In this document: positions 9,356 through 18,845 of the stretch, in pieces | Layout of the letters: each line of letters starts with the position of its first letter | How positions within the stretch are numbered: position 1 is the first letter of the stretch | IMG/VR virus record: IMGVR_UViG_3300034418_006598 | Reading direction: 5' to 3' (one strand) | Length of the DNA stretch: 64,000 nucleotides | From: an uncultured virus (IMG/VR IMGVR_UViG_3300034418_006598) | Taxonomy: Duplodnaviria > Heunggongvirae > Uroviricota > Caudoviricetes | The notes under the pieces: model-generated | Told to the model about the DNA's origin: nothing | Databases searched by the model: none | Seen by the model: only the letters and a program-made list of their open reading frames with translations | Program-made: the position numbers and the translations under genes

Positions 9356-9822
9356 CCGTAATTGACGATTTGTTGACGTGGGAAGATCATGCGTTGACAC
9401 ATATTGACAGCGTGTGGGTGGCCGAGTCGTCTCAGGTAACTACGGTTGAAGACATTCGGGAGTATATTGATTCGCTGATTGAGACTTATTTTGTCGGCAA
9501 TAAGGAGTTGGTTGATCCTGAGGTTTGGTTTCAGCTAGCGGCAATGACCAAGCATGCCGATATTTCGCTAGACAAGGATTTTGTGTGGCAAACGCTCTGT
9601 AATAAGCAGCGAGATTATGGTTCTGAAAACATTCTCAGGTTCGGGCACCGTGGTCTGATTGTGCGTCTCCATGACAAGGTTGCACGTTTGGAAAATCTGC
9701 TAGATTCTGGCCGTCTGCCAGAGAATGAGGCGGTGGAGGACACCTATCTGGACATTGTTGGCTATTCCACGATTGGTTTGATGCTGTTGGACGGTAGCTT
9801 TTTGAAGCAAATGGCAGATTAG
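9352..9822 (+). CDS. DUF1599-like nucleotide-modification-associated (all-helical pyrophosphatase-like) protein
   Basis: KQRDYG.ENI..FG..GLIVRLHDKVARLENL...EAVEDTYLDIVGYSTIGLM. Confidence 0.7.
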   Translation: MTVIDDLLTWEDHALTHIDSVWVAESSQVTTVEDIREYIDSLIETYFVGNKELVDPEVWFQLAAMTKHADISLDKDFVWQTLCNKQRDYGSENILRFGHRGLIVRLHDKVARLENLLDSGRLPENEAVEDTYLDIVGYSTIGLMLLDGSFLKQMAD

Positions 9823-9884
9823 GATTAATGCTGTTGTCGGATACGGTATCATAGTATCAGTATTGTTTTCTGATTGGGGCTGTT

Positions 9885-10250
9885 ATGGCTGTAGTTCTTG
9901 AAGGTGTCGGTAAAGTTAAACCTGACGACATGTTGGAAGGTAAAAGCGACCGGCAACTTAATAGCATTCTTAAAGGTCTGAGACAAAAGCGAAAGGACAA
10001 TGGGAAGCTTACAGACACTCAGCAGAGAATTTTTGATAACGCCATCAAGATGAAAAATGCCCGTAAAGCTTTTCGGGAGAAATACAATGTGAAGGGCGCT
10101 AACTTGACTGGCGCTACACTAGCTCAGCTTAGAGCGGCTAGAAGCAATGTTGCCGCCTTTCTTCAGAAGCTCAAAGAAGGTCAGAAAGCCTCACGTCCTC
10201 CTGGGCGTGGTCGTAGAAATCCTTCACCGCCTTCTGGCGAGCCGTTCTAG
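9885..10250 (+). CDS. basic hypothetical protein
   Basis: 121-aa K/R-rich ORF. Confidence 0.6.
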   Translation: MAVVLEGVGKVKPDDMLEGKSDRQLNSILKGLRQKRKDNGKLTDTQQRIFDNAIKMKNARKAFREKYNVKGANLTGATLAQLRAARSNVAAFLQKLKEGQKASRPPGRGRRNPSPPSGEPF

Positions 10251-10265
10251 AGGGAGTAGGTAACA

Positions 10266-10907
10266 ATGGCTCTTATTACAGTCTCTGATATTACTACCTA
10301 TATGGACATTACGCTCACGAACACTCAGGAAGACGCCGCAGCATTTATTATTGAAGGCTTGCAGTCTGAGTTAGAGGCGTATTTGCGTCGCCCTGTTGAA
10401 CAGACAGAGTTTACGGAAACGTATCGTGTGCCCGATGTGGGCAGGGGCGTTGTAAACCAGCAGTACTATTACAATTACACTACTGATCCTGCTTCCACGT
10501 TGACTTCTCCTGGCATTATTTATACGCCTATGTATACGTTGTATTTGGATAATAGTCCGGTTGTTTCGGTGTCTTCTGTTTCGATTACGCCTGCTTCTGC
10601 GTCTGCTACGGCGACGGCTCAGGTTGCGGAGCGTGATTATGTGACTCGGGATTATGGTATTGATTTGTTTAATGCGTTTGCGAATGATCGTATTGAGGTG
10701 ACGTATACGGCGGGGTTGGATGGTCCGAACATTAAGGCGTTTAAGATTTTGATGTTGCGTGCAGCTACTCGTGAGATGCAGAATATGCATGATGATGTGG
10801 TTGGTTTGAAGGATTTGACGACGAGGAATGTTGCGCCTTTGGAGACTGGTTTTTCTGATAGGGAATTGTTTACTCTTAGAAAGTATCGCCGTGTGAGGGT
10901 TGCTTAA
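10266..10907 (+). CDS. head-tail adaptor (gp6/gp15-like)
   Basis: N-terminal ALITVSDI..Y, LEAYLRRPVE..EFTE, IEVTYTAG, C-terminal L.KYRRV; position in gene order. Confidence 0.75.
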   Translation: MALITVSDITTYMDITLTNTQEDAAAFIIEGLQSELEAYLRRPVEQTEFTETYRVPDVGRGVVNQQYYYNYTTDPASTLTSPGIIYTPMYTLYLDNSPVVSVSSVSITPASASATATAQVAERDYVTRDYGIDLFNAFANDRIEVTYTAGLDGPNIKAFKILMLRAATREMQNMHDDVVGLKDLTTRNVAPLETGFSDRELFTLRKYRRVRVA

Positions 10908-10908
10908 G

Positions 10909-11532
10909 ATGGCTCGGAGAAGGCAACCAGCTCTTAGTATTAGTGTCAAAGTTGACAAGCGGGAAATGACTAAGCATTTTAATGCTATGCGTCGCCGTTC
11001 TGCAAAAGGTTTCAAGTCGCAGTTTAAGTGGGCAGCTAAAGAGGTCAAACGTCAGATTCGGGAAGATTTTCGTAATAATGGTCGCGGTAGATGGACCGTA
11101 CTTGCGCCTGAAACTGTTGCATGGAAAATAGAAGAGGGATATGGTAATAAAGGTGTGCTTGTTAGAACTGGCGATTTAAGACGCAGCCTTACTGTTGACA
11201 ATGCACGAGGAGCGGTTAGAGAGTATAAGTCGCATAGTATGAAGTTTGGTACGGATTTAACGAGCGATGGGATTGATGGTCGAGTTGTTCCGTATGCAAG
11301 TTTCATTCAATACGGTACAAGGAAGATGCCTGCTCGACCGTTCTTGTTTAAGTTTGGCGAGCCGAAGGGCCGTCAGTTCTCTTCAAAGCTGGGTTCTGCT
11401 ATTGCCGAGAGAGTTATTTACGGTGGTTCGGTAGGCAAGTACTATGCTTGGTTGAAGAAGACGGGTATGGCTGGTGCTAATGTTCCGTATTGGAGCAAGA
11501 CGTACAGAGGCAACGATTTGTTAGGACAGTAG
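10909..11532 (+). CDS. neck / virion morphogenesis protein
   Basis: W..LAP.T...K, LVRTGDLRRSL, YASFIQYGTRKMPARPFL. Confidence 0.8.
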   Translation: MARRRQPALSISVKVDKREMTKHFNAMRRRSAKGFKSQFKWAAKEVKRQIREDFRNNGRGRWTVLAPETVAWKIEEGYGNKGVLVRTGDLRRSLTVDNARGAVREYKSHSMKFGTDLTSDGIDGRVVPYASFIQYGTRKMPARPFLFKFGEPKGRQFSSKLGSAIAERVIYGGSVGKYYAWLKKTGMAGANVPYWSKTYRGNDLLGQ

Positions 11533-11543
11533 GTGTTTGAATT

Positions 11544-12416
11544 ATGATGAGTGGAAGCCGTTTGGCTAAACAGTTTGTTACCAATTATTTAGCAGCAGAT
11601 CTGCCTTCTAGGCTGGTTGCTTACAGGAACCATTGGAACCTGAGCGCCAGTCAGTTGCCTGATCCTCGTTTGTATGTTAGCCATGAGCCGTTTCAGCTTG
11701 ATAGATGGCCGACGATTATTACTATTGTCATGAGCACTGATTCTATTAATCGAGCTGGTTATACGGCGGGGTTTGATCCGGATTTGCAGGTTGTGTACGA
11801 TATGCGTACCTATGTTTGGGTTCGGGATGCGGGTGCTCAGACTGTCACCGATCAGCGAGATAACTTGACAACTGTTGTTCGTGAAGCATTGATGGATCAT
11901 CCCTCGCTTTCTGCTTACGATACTGACGTATCGTGCTCGCCAAAGATTGATGAGGGGACTATTGTAGAGCAGTTCTCTGATTTAACTTTGATTAAAGGTG
12001 AGCGACTACTGGCAGGGTCATACATAGGTTACTCTTTGACCCTTGAAGAAACTCTGACCCGCACTGCACTAGGCACTATGCAGTCCTCTGAGATTACTGT
12101 AGAAAAGATGGCGGCTACTCCGAATGCCCCCACAAACCTTGTAGCGGTTGCGGGCGATACTGAAGTTACGCTGTCTTGGCTTGAGGCCACGTGGAATGGT
12201 GGTGTTCATGAGATCACTGGTTACAAGATTCAGCAAAGCACTGATGATGGTGACACGTGGTCTACTGCTGTTGCCGATACAAGTTCGGTCGAGGGTTTCT
12301 ATCGGGTGACTGGTTTGACGAACGGGACTGGTTACAAGTTCCGGGTGGCTGCTTTGAATGCTGGCGGTACTGGCGCATATTCTGCAAGTTCGTTAGAGGT
12401 CACGCCGTCTTCGTAG
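11544..12416 (+). CDS. tail terminator/completion-like protein with C-terminal fibronectin type III domain
   Basis: Position after neck gene; PNAPTNL.AVAGD.EVTLSW...ITGYKIQ...VTGLTNGTGYKFRVAALN. Confidence 0.7.
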   Translation: MMSGSRLAKQFVTNYLAADLPSRLVAYRNHWNLSASQLPDPRLYVSHEPFQLDRWPTIITIVMSTDSINRAGYTAGFDPDLQVVYDMRTYVWVRDAGAQTVTDQRDNLTTVVREALMDHPSLSAYDTDVSCSPKIDEGTIVEQFSDLTLIKGERLLAGSYIGYSLTLEETLTRTALGTMQSSEITVEKMAATPNAPTNLVAVAGDTEVTLSWLEATWNGGVHEITGYKIQQSTDDGDTWSTAVADTSSVEGFYRVTGLTNGTGYKFRVAALNAGGTGAYSASSLEVTPSS

Positions 12417-12441
12417 GTCCGGTTGAGCTATAATAGATAGT

Positions 12442-15400
12442 ATGGCTAGGAAACCTCGTGTTGTACCTTTTGTGCCGTTTCCTCGTGACGGTGACCTTGA
12501 TGGTCTTGTTCAGGATGGAACGATTTGGGAGCGCCCTAAAGGGGCGTATTTGCGCTTTATTGATACGGGTGAGATTTGGAGCGAGTACGGTCAGGTTGAT
12601 CGTGGTCGTGTAGAGTTTGTTCGTGCTGACGGGTCTGTTTGGGATTTTACGCCGTCGTTTAGAGATACTGATTCTACTACGTTGGGTGGATCTTTGGGGA
12701 CGTTGGCTGATGATTCGCCTTCGCTTTTGGAGTCTCAGGGCATTTTGCCTCGTGGGGTTTTGGGGCCGTCGTTGGCTGAGTCGGCTCGTTTTGATGATGC
12801 GGTTGATGATGTGGATGTAGTGGATGTGTCAACTGATAAAGGTTCCGCTGCCCTTGCCGCTTTTCGTCCGAAGATTGAGTACCTTTTATCGGATGAAGCT
12901 GTTGAAAGTGGTTTAATAACTCAAGCGTCTCAAGATCGGCTACGGGGTTTAAATAATATTCCTGTTAAGCGGGCAGCTGCAATAGATATTGCGGAGCGTC
13001 GTAACCGCATCACACTGTTTCAGTACATGGAAGAGCGGTTACACGGCAAGCCTACGGGCCGAAGCGGGGAGTCTCCTTCTTACCGCTATGCGAACTTTAC
13101 TTTGGGTGAAAGTATGGCTGCTATGCTTCGTGATGGCGATAGACAATCTATTAGCCGTTTTCGTTCTCGCTTAAAGTTTTTAGAAGATGAAGCACGCAGA
13201 CGGAGGCGATCTGTAGCAGACATGATCGAGACAGTTGACGAGGATGACGTTCGGTTCTTACAAGCGATGGCCGCTGCGTTGCCTGTGACGACTTGGCACG
13301 ATCATCATATAAAAGAATTAATTAATGCTTATGCTGCTGATGATTTTGATAAGGTTCGTTACCATGCTGATTGGTTAGATAGGAATACAGCTTCTACGGG
13401 CAGCACTGAAACCCATTTGGGTCTTGCAAACCAGCTGCAGTACATGGCTGATAATCCCGAATTGATAGATAGGCTATTTTTACAGAATGCCGGATTTAAA
13501 GATTACGAATATTATACAGGCCATGCTTTTAGGCGTCGTAGCGATAGTATTGGTCAGACGGTAGCTAGCGCAAAGTCGGATTTAGCTGCACGGCGTGCTG
13601 ATGAGGCTACTGAGCTTAGTTCTACTTTGGGGATAATTCCTGAGAATCGGTTAGTTGAACGTGCCGGTGAGTTAAGTGGACAGTATCAGAATTTTGATGT
13701 TATTAGTCAGGTTTTGAGAGACATTGAAACAGGTGAGATTGCAATTCAGAGACTTGAGGCTGACGGCGAACATCCATTAGCTTCTCAGCTTCGTGAACGT
13801 TTAGCTGAGTTGAAAACTGAGCTTAAAGAAGTTACTAAGCCACAAGATATCAAAGTCGTGTTTACGGAGGAAACCCTGAAAGATAAAAAAATGCAGGGCA
13901 TTTTACGTTTCATTCCTGGCGGTGCAGAGAATGAAGATTTGTTGCGTAAAATTAGAAAGTCTACAGATGGTCTAAGTCCTGAGTATCGTCCAACAGAACT
14001 TCGTATTGAACTGCTTGATGACAATAAAATTGGTGGTACGTTTAATTCTGCAACTGGCGTGTTAGTCCTCACTCCGCAAATGTTGGGCTTAGATGAGCAT
14101 TTAGTTATTGATCGGAAAGCCGGTACCATTAAGAGGTTTAATCCTGATGATGGGCCTGATGGTGTAGATATTCCTTTGGGGTTAAAGAGTTTAGCTACGC
14201 TTGGAAGGTTGCGTAATGATTTTCAGGAGGTGGGCTTATCTGAAACACCTCTAGACCAAGTTGCTGTGCATGAAGCGGTTCACCGGATTGATTCTTTGTT
14301 GGCTGCAGATGCTTTCTTTAGAGAGAAGATACGTCTTGAGGGCGAGATCGAAAATATTCAGAAACAGATAGACGATCCTGAGAATGCTCGTAGAGTTACT
14401 ATTTTAACAGAGACGTTAAGTCGTAGGCAAGAAGCTCTTCGTGAGCTTGACAGACAAGAAAGAAATGGTGATTACATTTTTAGAAATGATTCACCTATTC
14501 GTCAAGCTCCCCAACAGTGGATAAGTGAAAATAGGCCGTGGCTTGAGACTTACAATAGAGATTTTGAATTACGGACGAGGAGCACTGACCATGCTTACGT
14601 ATCTTCTATTTTGGGTTATACGCCTAATGATTATATTCAAATAAAGTATGGTGTCTCACAAAACACTCCCGGCTTAGATCCGTTACTCAAGAGGCGGATG
14701 GAGCGGACTGAAAGCATGGAAGTTTTAGCGGAAGTAATTTCGGCTCACGTTACAGGAAGGCGAAGAATTCCGGCAGGTACAGACGGAGAAGAAAGCAATC
14801 TTCCTCAGATGTTTGACAAGTATTCGAAGCAGATTATTCCTGAGGAGCTTAAGTTTATTTTGACGGACCGTGACTGGTCTGAAGACGACCTTCCTCCTTT
14901 GACTGCTTTGGCAGGTAGACAAGAAGCAGATACTGCCTACTCCACTTACGAAGCCCGTCGAGTGGTGAGGGATGTAGATCAGGGGAAGCAGCGTGGCAGC
15001 TTGCTTCCTAGGGTTGCGAGTGATCCTTCAGCCACGTCTCAAATGCTTTCTGATGCCGAGTCGGAAGATCGGAAGAATAGAATTCTTGGCGAGTTAGCTC
15101 AGGCACAGGTAGACGAACCTGAGTTGTTTAGAGATGGTGTTCTTGTAGATAAGGTGTGGGCACCGTTCTCTCCTCCTCCGCATCTTGCTGGTTCTGGTTT
15201 GCGTGATGAGTTGGCTGAGGCGACTTCGTGGAGAGAGGTGTCGCAGCTTCTTAAGGGTAAGCGTGTGGTGGTTTTTGATACGGAGACTGCTGGGCGTATG
15301 GATCCGGATGAGGTTGATGAGGACCGTATTGTTCAGTTGGGTGGCGTGGTTTATGTTGATGGTGTGATTGTTGATCGTTTCTCCATGTATGTGAATGTGG

Positions 15401-18294
15401 AGTATGATGAGTTGTCTGATTGGTCTCAAGCGAATTTGATTGATGCTGATGGTAAGCCTATGTCTCCGGAGTTTTTGGCGAAGCAGCCTGATATGCCTAC
15501 GGTGTTGCAGGAGTTTATGCGTTTTGCTAATGGCGATTCTGATGGTTCTGATGTGGTGTTTATGGCGCATAATGCTGCGTTTGATTTGAAGCGTATGGAG
15601 TTGGAGCGTCAGCGTCATGATCCTGATGGTGTGCCGTCGTTTGATTTGGATGAGGTGACGTATTTTGACACGATGGGTTTGGGCAATATTGCTAAGCGTG
15701 CTGGGGTTGAGGATGGTCCGGGTAGTGCTTCGTTGAAGAAGTTGCAGGAGTTTTTCGGGTTGGAGGATTTCTCGTGGCATACGGCTGATGCTGATTCGGA
15801 GATGACGGGTCAGGTGTTGTGGCGTTTGTTGGATTATATGGATGAGAATGATGTGCCGTTGGATGGTCTTGATCCTGTTGCGGGGTTGGAGCGTCAGCGT
15901 GAAGAGTTTGCCGAGTATGAGGGTAAGATTCCTGAGTTTTTGCGGCAGAAGGAGCGTTTGGCTGAGTTGCGTGGTTTGTCTGATCAGTTGCGTTCTGATC
16001 GGGATGATGCTGTTTCTGAAATGATTGATGATTTGGATGATGCTGAGGATGAAGTGGCTTCGGTTATGGCCCGGTCGGTTGATGATATCGTTCCAGAGTC
16101 TACGGAGATTCCTGGGGGAGGTGTTGTCGAAACTGATGATGGCGGTTTTTGGGTGCCTGGGCCTCCTCCTGTCGGCTATACTGAAGAGGGGAAGGTAACA
16201 TGGGAGCGTGGTGTTGAATTATTGAGAGAGCGTCCTGAGTTGTTTAAGACGCAAGTTATTGCTGATGATGGTTTACCCGTGCCTAGAGATGAGCGACCCG
16301 GCCTTGCTGATATTGGATCAGTTTACGATGCCCTGCCATCGGATGACGCTGATGCGGCTATGACAGTTAGGCGTGAAATCGAAAAGGCTTGGCAAGCTGA
16401 AATCACTCGGGCTATCGTACTAAATAAGATTGACATAGGTAACCCTAGAGAGGTTTGGGGTACTGAAAATGATGAGAGGTCGGAGGCGTGGCAGCGGTAT
16501 GGTTATTCCGCTAGGGCTGAGAGAGGCATGTGGGAAAACCTTCCACAAGGATTGTTACATGTAACTACAGGTTTGAGTGGTTTGCAAGATGGAGGGTTTA
16601 AAACTCGTGCCCAGTTAAGAGACGAATCAGGTGAAGTTCCTGCAGGGTTGGGCGGCGGCGTATCCGACGCTATTAGCTTTACGACTGACCCGTTGGTTGC
16701 GGATTCGATCGTTCGTGGTATTCATGAAATGCGTGAAGCTGTCCGTGACGATACGGGGCCAGCTGCCGTGGAGCGAATGAAGTCGGAGATCGCTGCCTGG
16801 ACTAAGAGCATGCCAGAAAATGAGAGAAAGAGACTTTTATCAGCTACGCCGTCTACGATGGAAGAGCGTGGAGATTTCTATAGAGAATATTCGTATTGGC
16901 GGCAGTACAATGTTCCGAACCGTCCCGACCCTCTGTTTTGGACTCCTAATTATCAGGCGTACGCTGATCTTGACCCTAATGAAGTTGGTGTCGTTACGGT
17001 GAATCCGTCAGTTGACGGGGCACGCGGTTGGCAGGTTTCGGGAATGGGCGAGTGGCGTACTATTCCTGAAGCTGTAGAAATTGTTCAAAGCGAAGCTCGT
17101 CCCACGATTGTGGATGATATGACTGCCACGCTTGATGAGTTGGATACGGTTCGTTCGTCTGCGCCAGATTTTGGGCTTCCTCCAGGGCCTGAAAAACTGA
17201 CGGGTTGGGATAAAGATCGTTTGACTGGCTCTTCTGTTCCAGATATTCATGAAGGAAAGCCTCGTCCTGTGGCTGATGTTGTGGATGGTGTGCATTTAAG
17301 GGAAGATCAGAAAGCATTAAAAACGGTGGTGGCGGAATTGTCTACTGAGGATGATTTGTTGCCGTTGCAGAAAAAGCTAGAGGAAGCGTTTGAGCTTGGT
17401 GGTTCTCTTTCTGGTAAACAACGTACTGATGCAACGTATGAAATTTTTGCTGCAATAAATGATTTAATTACTTCACGTCAACGAGATACTACTGGTTTTA
17501 CTCCTTCACAAATGAGAGAGTATGAAAAAGAAGTGACTGAGAATGAAGCATGGGTGGGGAGTCGGATTGCTAAAGCTATTCAAATCCATTGGGGTGAAGC
17601 GCGAAGTGAAGTGTTCCATTGGGACTTCTTATCTGAACGTGTTAAAACAGTTTTGGGAGAAGAGTTTGATATTGATGTTTCTCATGAACCCTCAGAGATT
17701 GATGCCGGTATAGAAGAAATTTTTGAAATTCAAGAACTTCTGACACCGTTTATTGATGCTTGGGTTAGAGGTCAGTATTCCACAACACAGAAATACTTGG
17801 AAGATGCGGGTATTACTGAACTTAGTGTGTTTAGAGGTACTTACATCCCGAATGTTGTTGGGGATGACGACGGGCTTCCTAGTGGACGTGAACCATCTGT
17901 GACTCGCGGTTTGGAGTCGTGGAGTACCGACATAGGGATTGCTTTGGGGTTTGCTGGCAATAAGTATGGTACTGCTGACGATAGGATAGAACAGATGGCA
18001 GAGGTTGGTGAACTGGGTGAGCCTACCCACGTTCTTCAGCATGATGTGGTTCCTGCTCAACTTATTATGGGTATCGGATATCTTGATAATCCTCGTATTA
18101 CTACTGGTTCTTTAGGTCAGGGTGAAGAATCTGAGATTGTTGTGTTAGGTAGCTCTAGACCTGTTAACTGGTTATCAAATGATCTTTTGAAGCCGTGGAG
18201 ATCGGAGCGTCCTGAAGGCGGCTATAATTTCAACATTAAGGAAGCAGCAGTGTTTGCTTATTTAAGTACGGGCTTGTGGCCTAGATTTTCTTGA
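12442..18294 (+). CDS. 1950-aa polyvalent protein: DGDxDG repeat, zincin-like HExxH, DEDDh 3'-5' exonuclease, two ADP-ribosyltransferase-like domains
   Basis: RDGDLDGLVQDGTIWERP; VAVHEAVH; VVFDTETAG/MAHNAAFD/WHTADAD; LLHVTT..AISFTTD..GEWR; VFRG..LESWSTD..EESEIVV. Confidence 0.7.
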   Translation: MARKPRVVPFVPFPRDGDLDGLVQDGTIWERPKGAYLRFIDTGEIWSEYGQVDRGRVEFVRADGSVWDFTPSFRDTDSTTLGGSLGTLADDSPSLLESQGILPRGVLGPSLAESARFDDAVDDVDVVDVSTDKGSAALAAFRPKIEYLLSDEAVESGLITQASQDRLRGLNNIPVKRAAAIDIAERRNRITLFQYMEERLHGKPTGRSGESPSYRYANFTLGESMAAMLRDGDRQSISRFRSRLKFLEDEARRRRRSVADMIETVDEDDVRFLQAMAAALPVTTWHDHHIKELINAYAADDFDKVRYHADWLDRNTASTGSTETHLGLANQLQYMADNPELIDRLFLQNAGFKDYEYYTGHAFRRRSDSIGQTVASAKSDLAARRADEATELSSTLGIIPENRLVERAGELSGQYQNFDVISQVLRDIETGEIAIQRLEADGEHPLASQLRERLAELKTELKEVTKPQDIKVVFTEETLKDKKMQGILRFIPGGAENEDLLRKIRKSTDGLSPEYRPTELRIELLDDNKIGGTFNSATGVLVLTPQMLGLDEHLVIDRKAGTIKRFNPDDGPDGVDIPLGLKSLATLGRLRNDFQEVGLSETPLDQVAVHEAVHRIDSLLAADAFFREKIRLEGEIENIQKQIDDPENARRVTILTETLSRRQEALRELDRQERNGDYIFRNDSPIRQAPQQWISENRPWLETYNRDFELRTRSTDHAYVSSILGYTPNDYIQIKYGVSQNTPGLDPLLKRRMERTESMEVLAEVISAHVTGRRRIPAGTDGEESNLPQMFDKYSKQIIPEELKFILTDRDWSEDDLPPLTALAGRQEADTAYSTYEARRVVRDVDQGKQRGSLLPRVASDPSATSQMLSDAESEDRKNRILGELAQAQVDEPELFRDGVLVDKVWAPFSPPPHLAGSGLRDELAEATSWREVSQLLKGKRVVVFDTETAGRMDPDEVDEDRIVQLGGVVYVDGVIVDRFSMYVNVEYDELSDWSQANLIDADGKPMSPEFLAKQPDMPTVLQEFMRFANGDSDGSDVVFMAHNAAFDLKRMELERQRHDPDGVPSFDLDEVTYFDTMGLGNIAKRAGVEDGPGSASLKKLQEFFGLEDFSWHTADADSEMTGQVLWRLLDYMDENDVPLDGLDPVAGLERQREEFAEYEGKIPEFLRQKERLAELRGLSDQLRSDRDDAVSEMIDDLDDAEDEVASVMARSVDDIVPESTEIPGGGVVETDDGGFWVPGPPPVGYTEEGKVTWERGVELLRERPELFKTQVIADDGLPVPRDERPGLADIGSVYDALPSDDADAAMTVRREIEKAWQAEITRAIVLNKIDIGNPREVWGTENDERSEAWQRYGYSARAERGMWENLPQGLLHVTTGLSGLQDGGFKTRAQLRDESGEVPAGLGGGVSDAISFTTDPLVADSIVRGIHEMREAVRDDTGPAAVERMKSEIAAWTKSMPENERKRLLSATPSTMEERGDFYREYSYWRQYNVPNRPDPLFWTPNYQAYADLDPNEVGVVTVNPSVDGARGWQVSGMGEWRTIPEAVEIVQSEARPTIVDDMTATLDELDTVRSSAPDFGLPPGPEKLTGWDKDRLTGSSVPDIHEGKPRPVADVVDGVHLREDQKALKTVVAELSTEDDLLPLQKKLEEAFELGGSLSGKQRTDATYEIFAAINDLITSRQRDTTGFTPSQMREYEKEVTENEAWVGSRIAKAIQIHWGEARSEVFHWDFLSERVKTVLGEEFDIDVSHEPSEIDAGIEEIFEIQELLTPFIDAWVRGQYSTTQKYLEDAGITELSVFRGTYIPNVVGDDDGLPSGREPSVTRGLESWSTDIGIALGFAGNKYGTADDRIEQMAEVGELGEPTHVLQHDVVPAQLIMGIGYLDNPRITTGSLGQGEESEIVVLGSSRPVNWLSNDLLKPWRSERPEGGYNFNIKEAAVFAYLSTGLWPRFS

Positions 18295-18306
18295 AAGGAA
18301 TAAAAG

Positions 18307-18492
18307 ATGAGATCATCAGCTAAAACGTGGCGAGAGCTGTTAAGAGACCCTAAGATAAGGGAACAAAGTGATTATTGGTTGCGGCACACCCGTAAAGCAC
18401 GCACTGGTCAAGATTTTTGGGACGACGGTAAGTCTCGCAAAAAGAATTCTTTACTCAGCGACCCCGCTGCGACCTTAGATGAGTTAGACTAA
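18307..18492 (+). CDS. small hypothetical protein
   Basis: GAAAGGA RBS, 61 aa. Confidence 0.55.
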   Translation: MRSSAKTWRELLRDPKIREQSDYWLRHTRKARTGQDFWDDGKSRKKNSLLSDPAATLDELD

Positions 18493-18496
18493 CGAT

Positions 18497-18712
18497 ATGA
18501 GTACAGAAGAAGAACTTGAAGAACTAAGAGACTATTCTCTCACAGTAGCCCCTACTCGTGAAGATGTGCTTGAGTACCGGAAACAGGTTTTGAGCCGTTA
18601 TGCGGAGGTTGTGAAACGCACAAGTCTTCCCTTAAACGACAAGGGAACTGTTGATTGGGATGCTGTTATCGAAGAAGAACGTGAAAAGTTAAACAAACAA
18701 TCTGATTCTTGA
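18497..18712 (+). CDS. small hypothetical protein
   Basis: 71-aa ORF tightly packed after previous. Confidence 0.6.
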   Translation: MSTEEELEELRDYSLTVAPTREDVLEYRKQVLSRYAEVVKRTSLPLNDKGTVDWDAVIEEEREKLNKQSDS

Positions 18713-18845
18713 CCGTAGTCACGTTAGTTACACTCGACTTTACTTCTCGCATGGTAAAATAAAATTTGATAGAGCGTACGCTTTGCGTATCCCCGCAGGG
18801 CATGTTCAATACTAGTATTGTAACTACAATAATATGGAGGCAATT

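Noticed and set aside
15094..15780. Long antisense ORFs in the track (e.g. 10371-11048, 15094-15780, 35448-36149, 49165-50166, 50615-51355, 58813-59433)
   Set aside because: Shadow frames of well-supported plus-strand genes; G/T-rich or repetitive coding removes minus-strand stops, and the products are I/H/R/Q-biased without motifs
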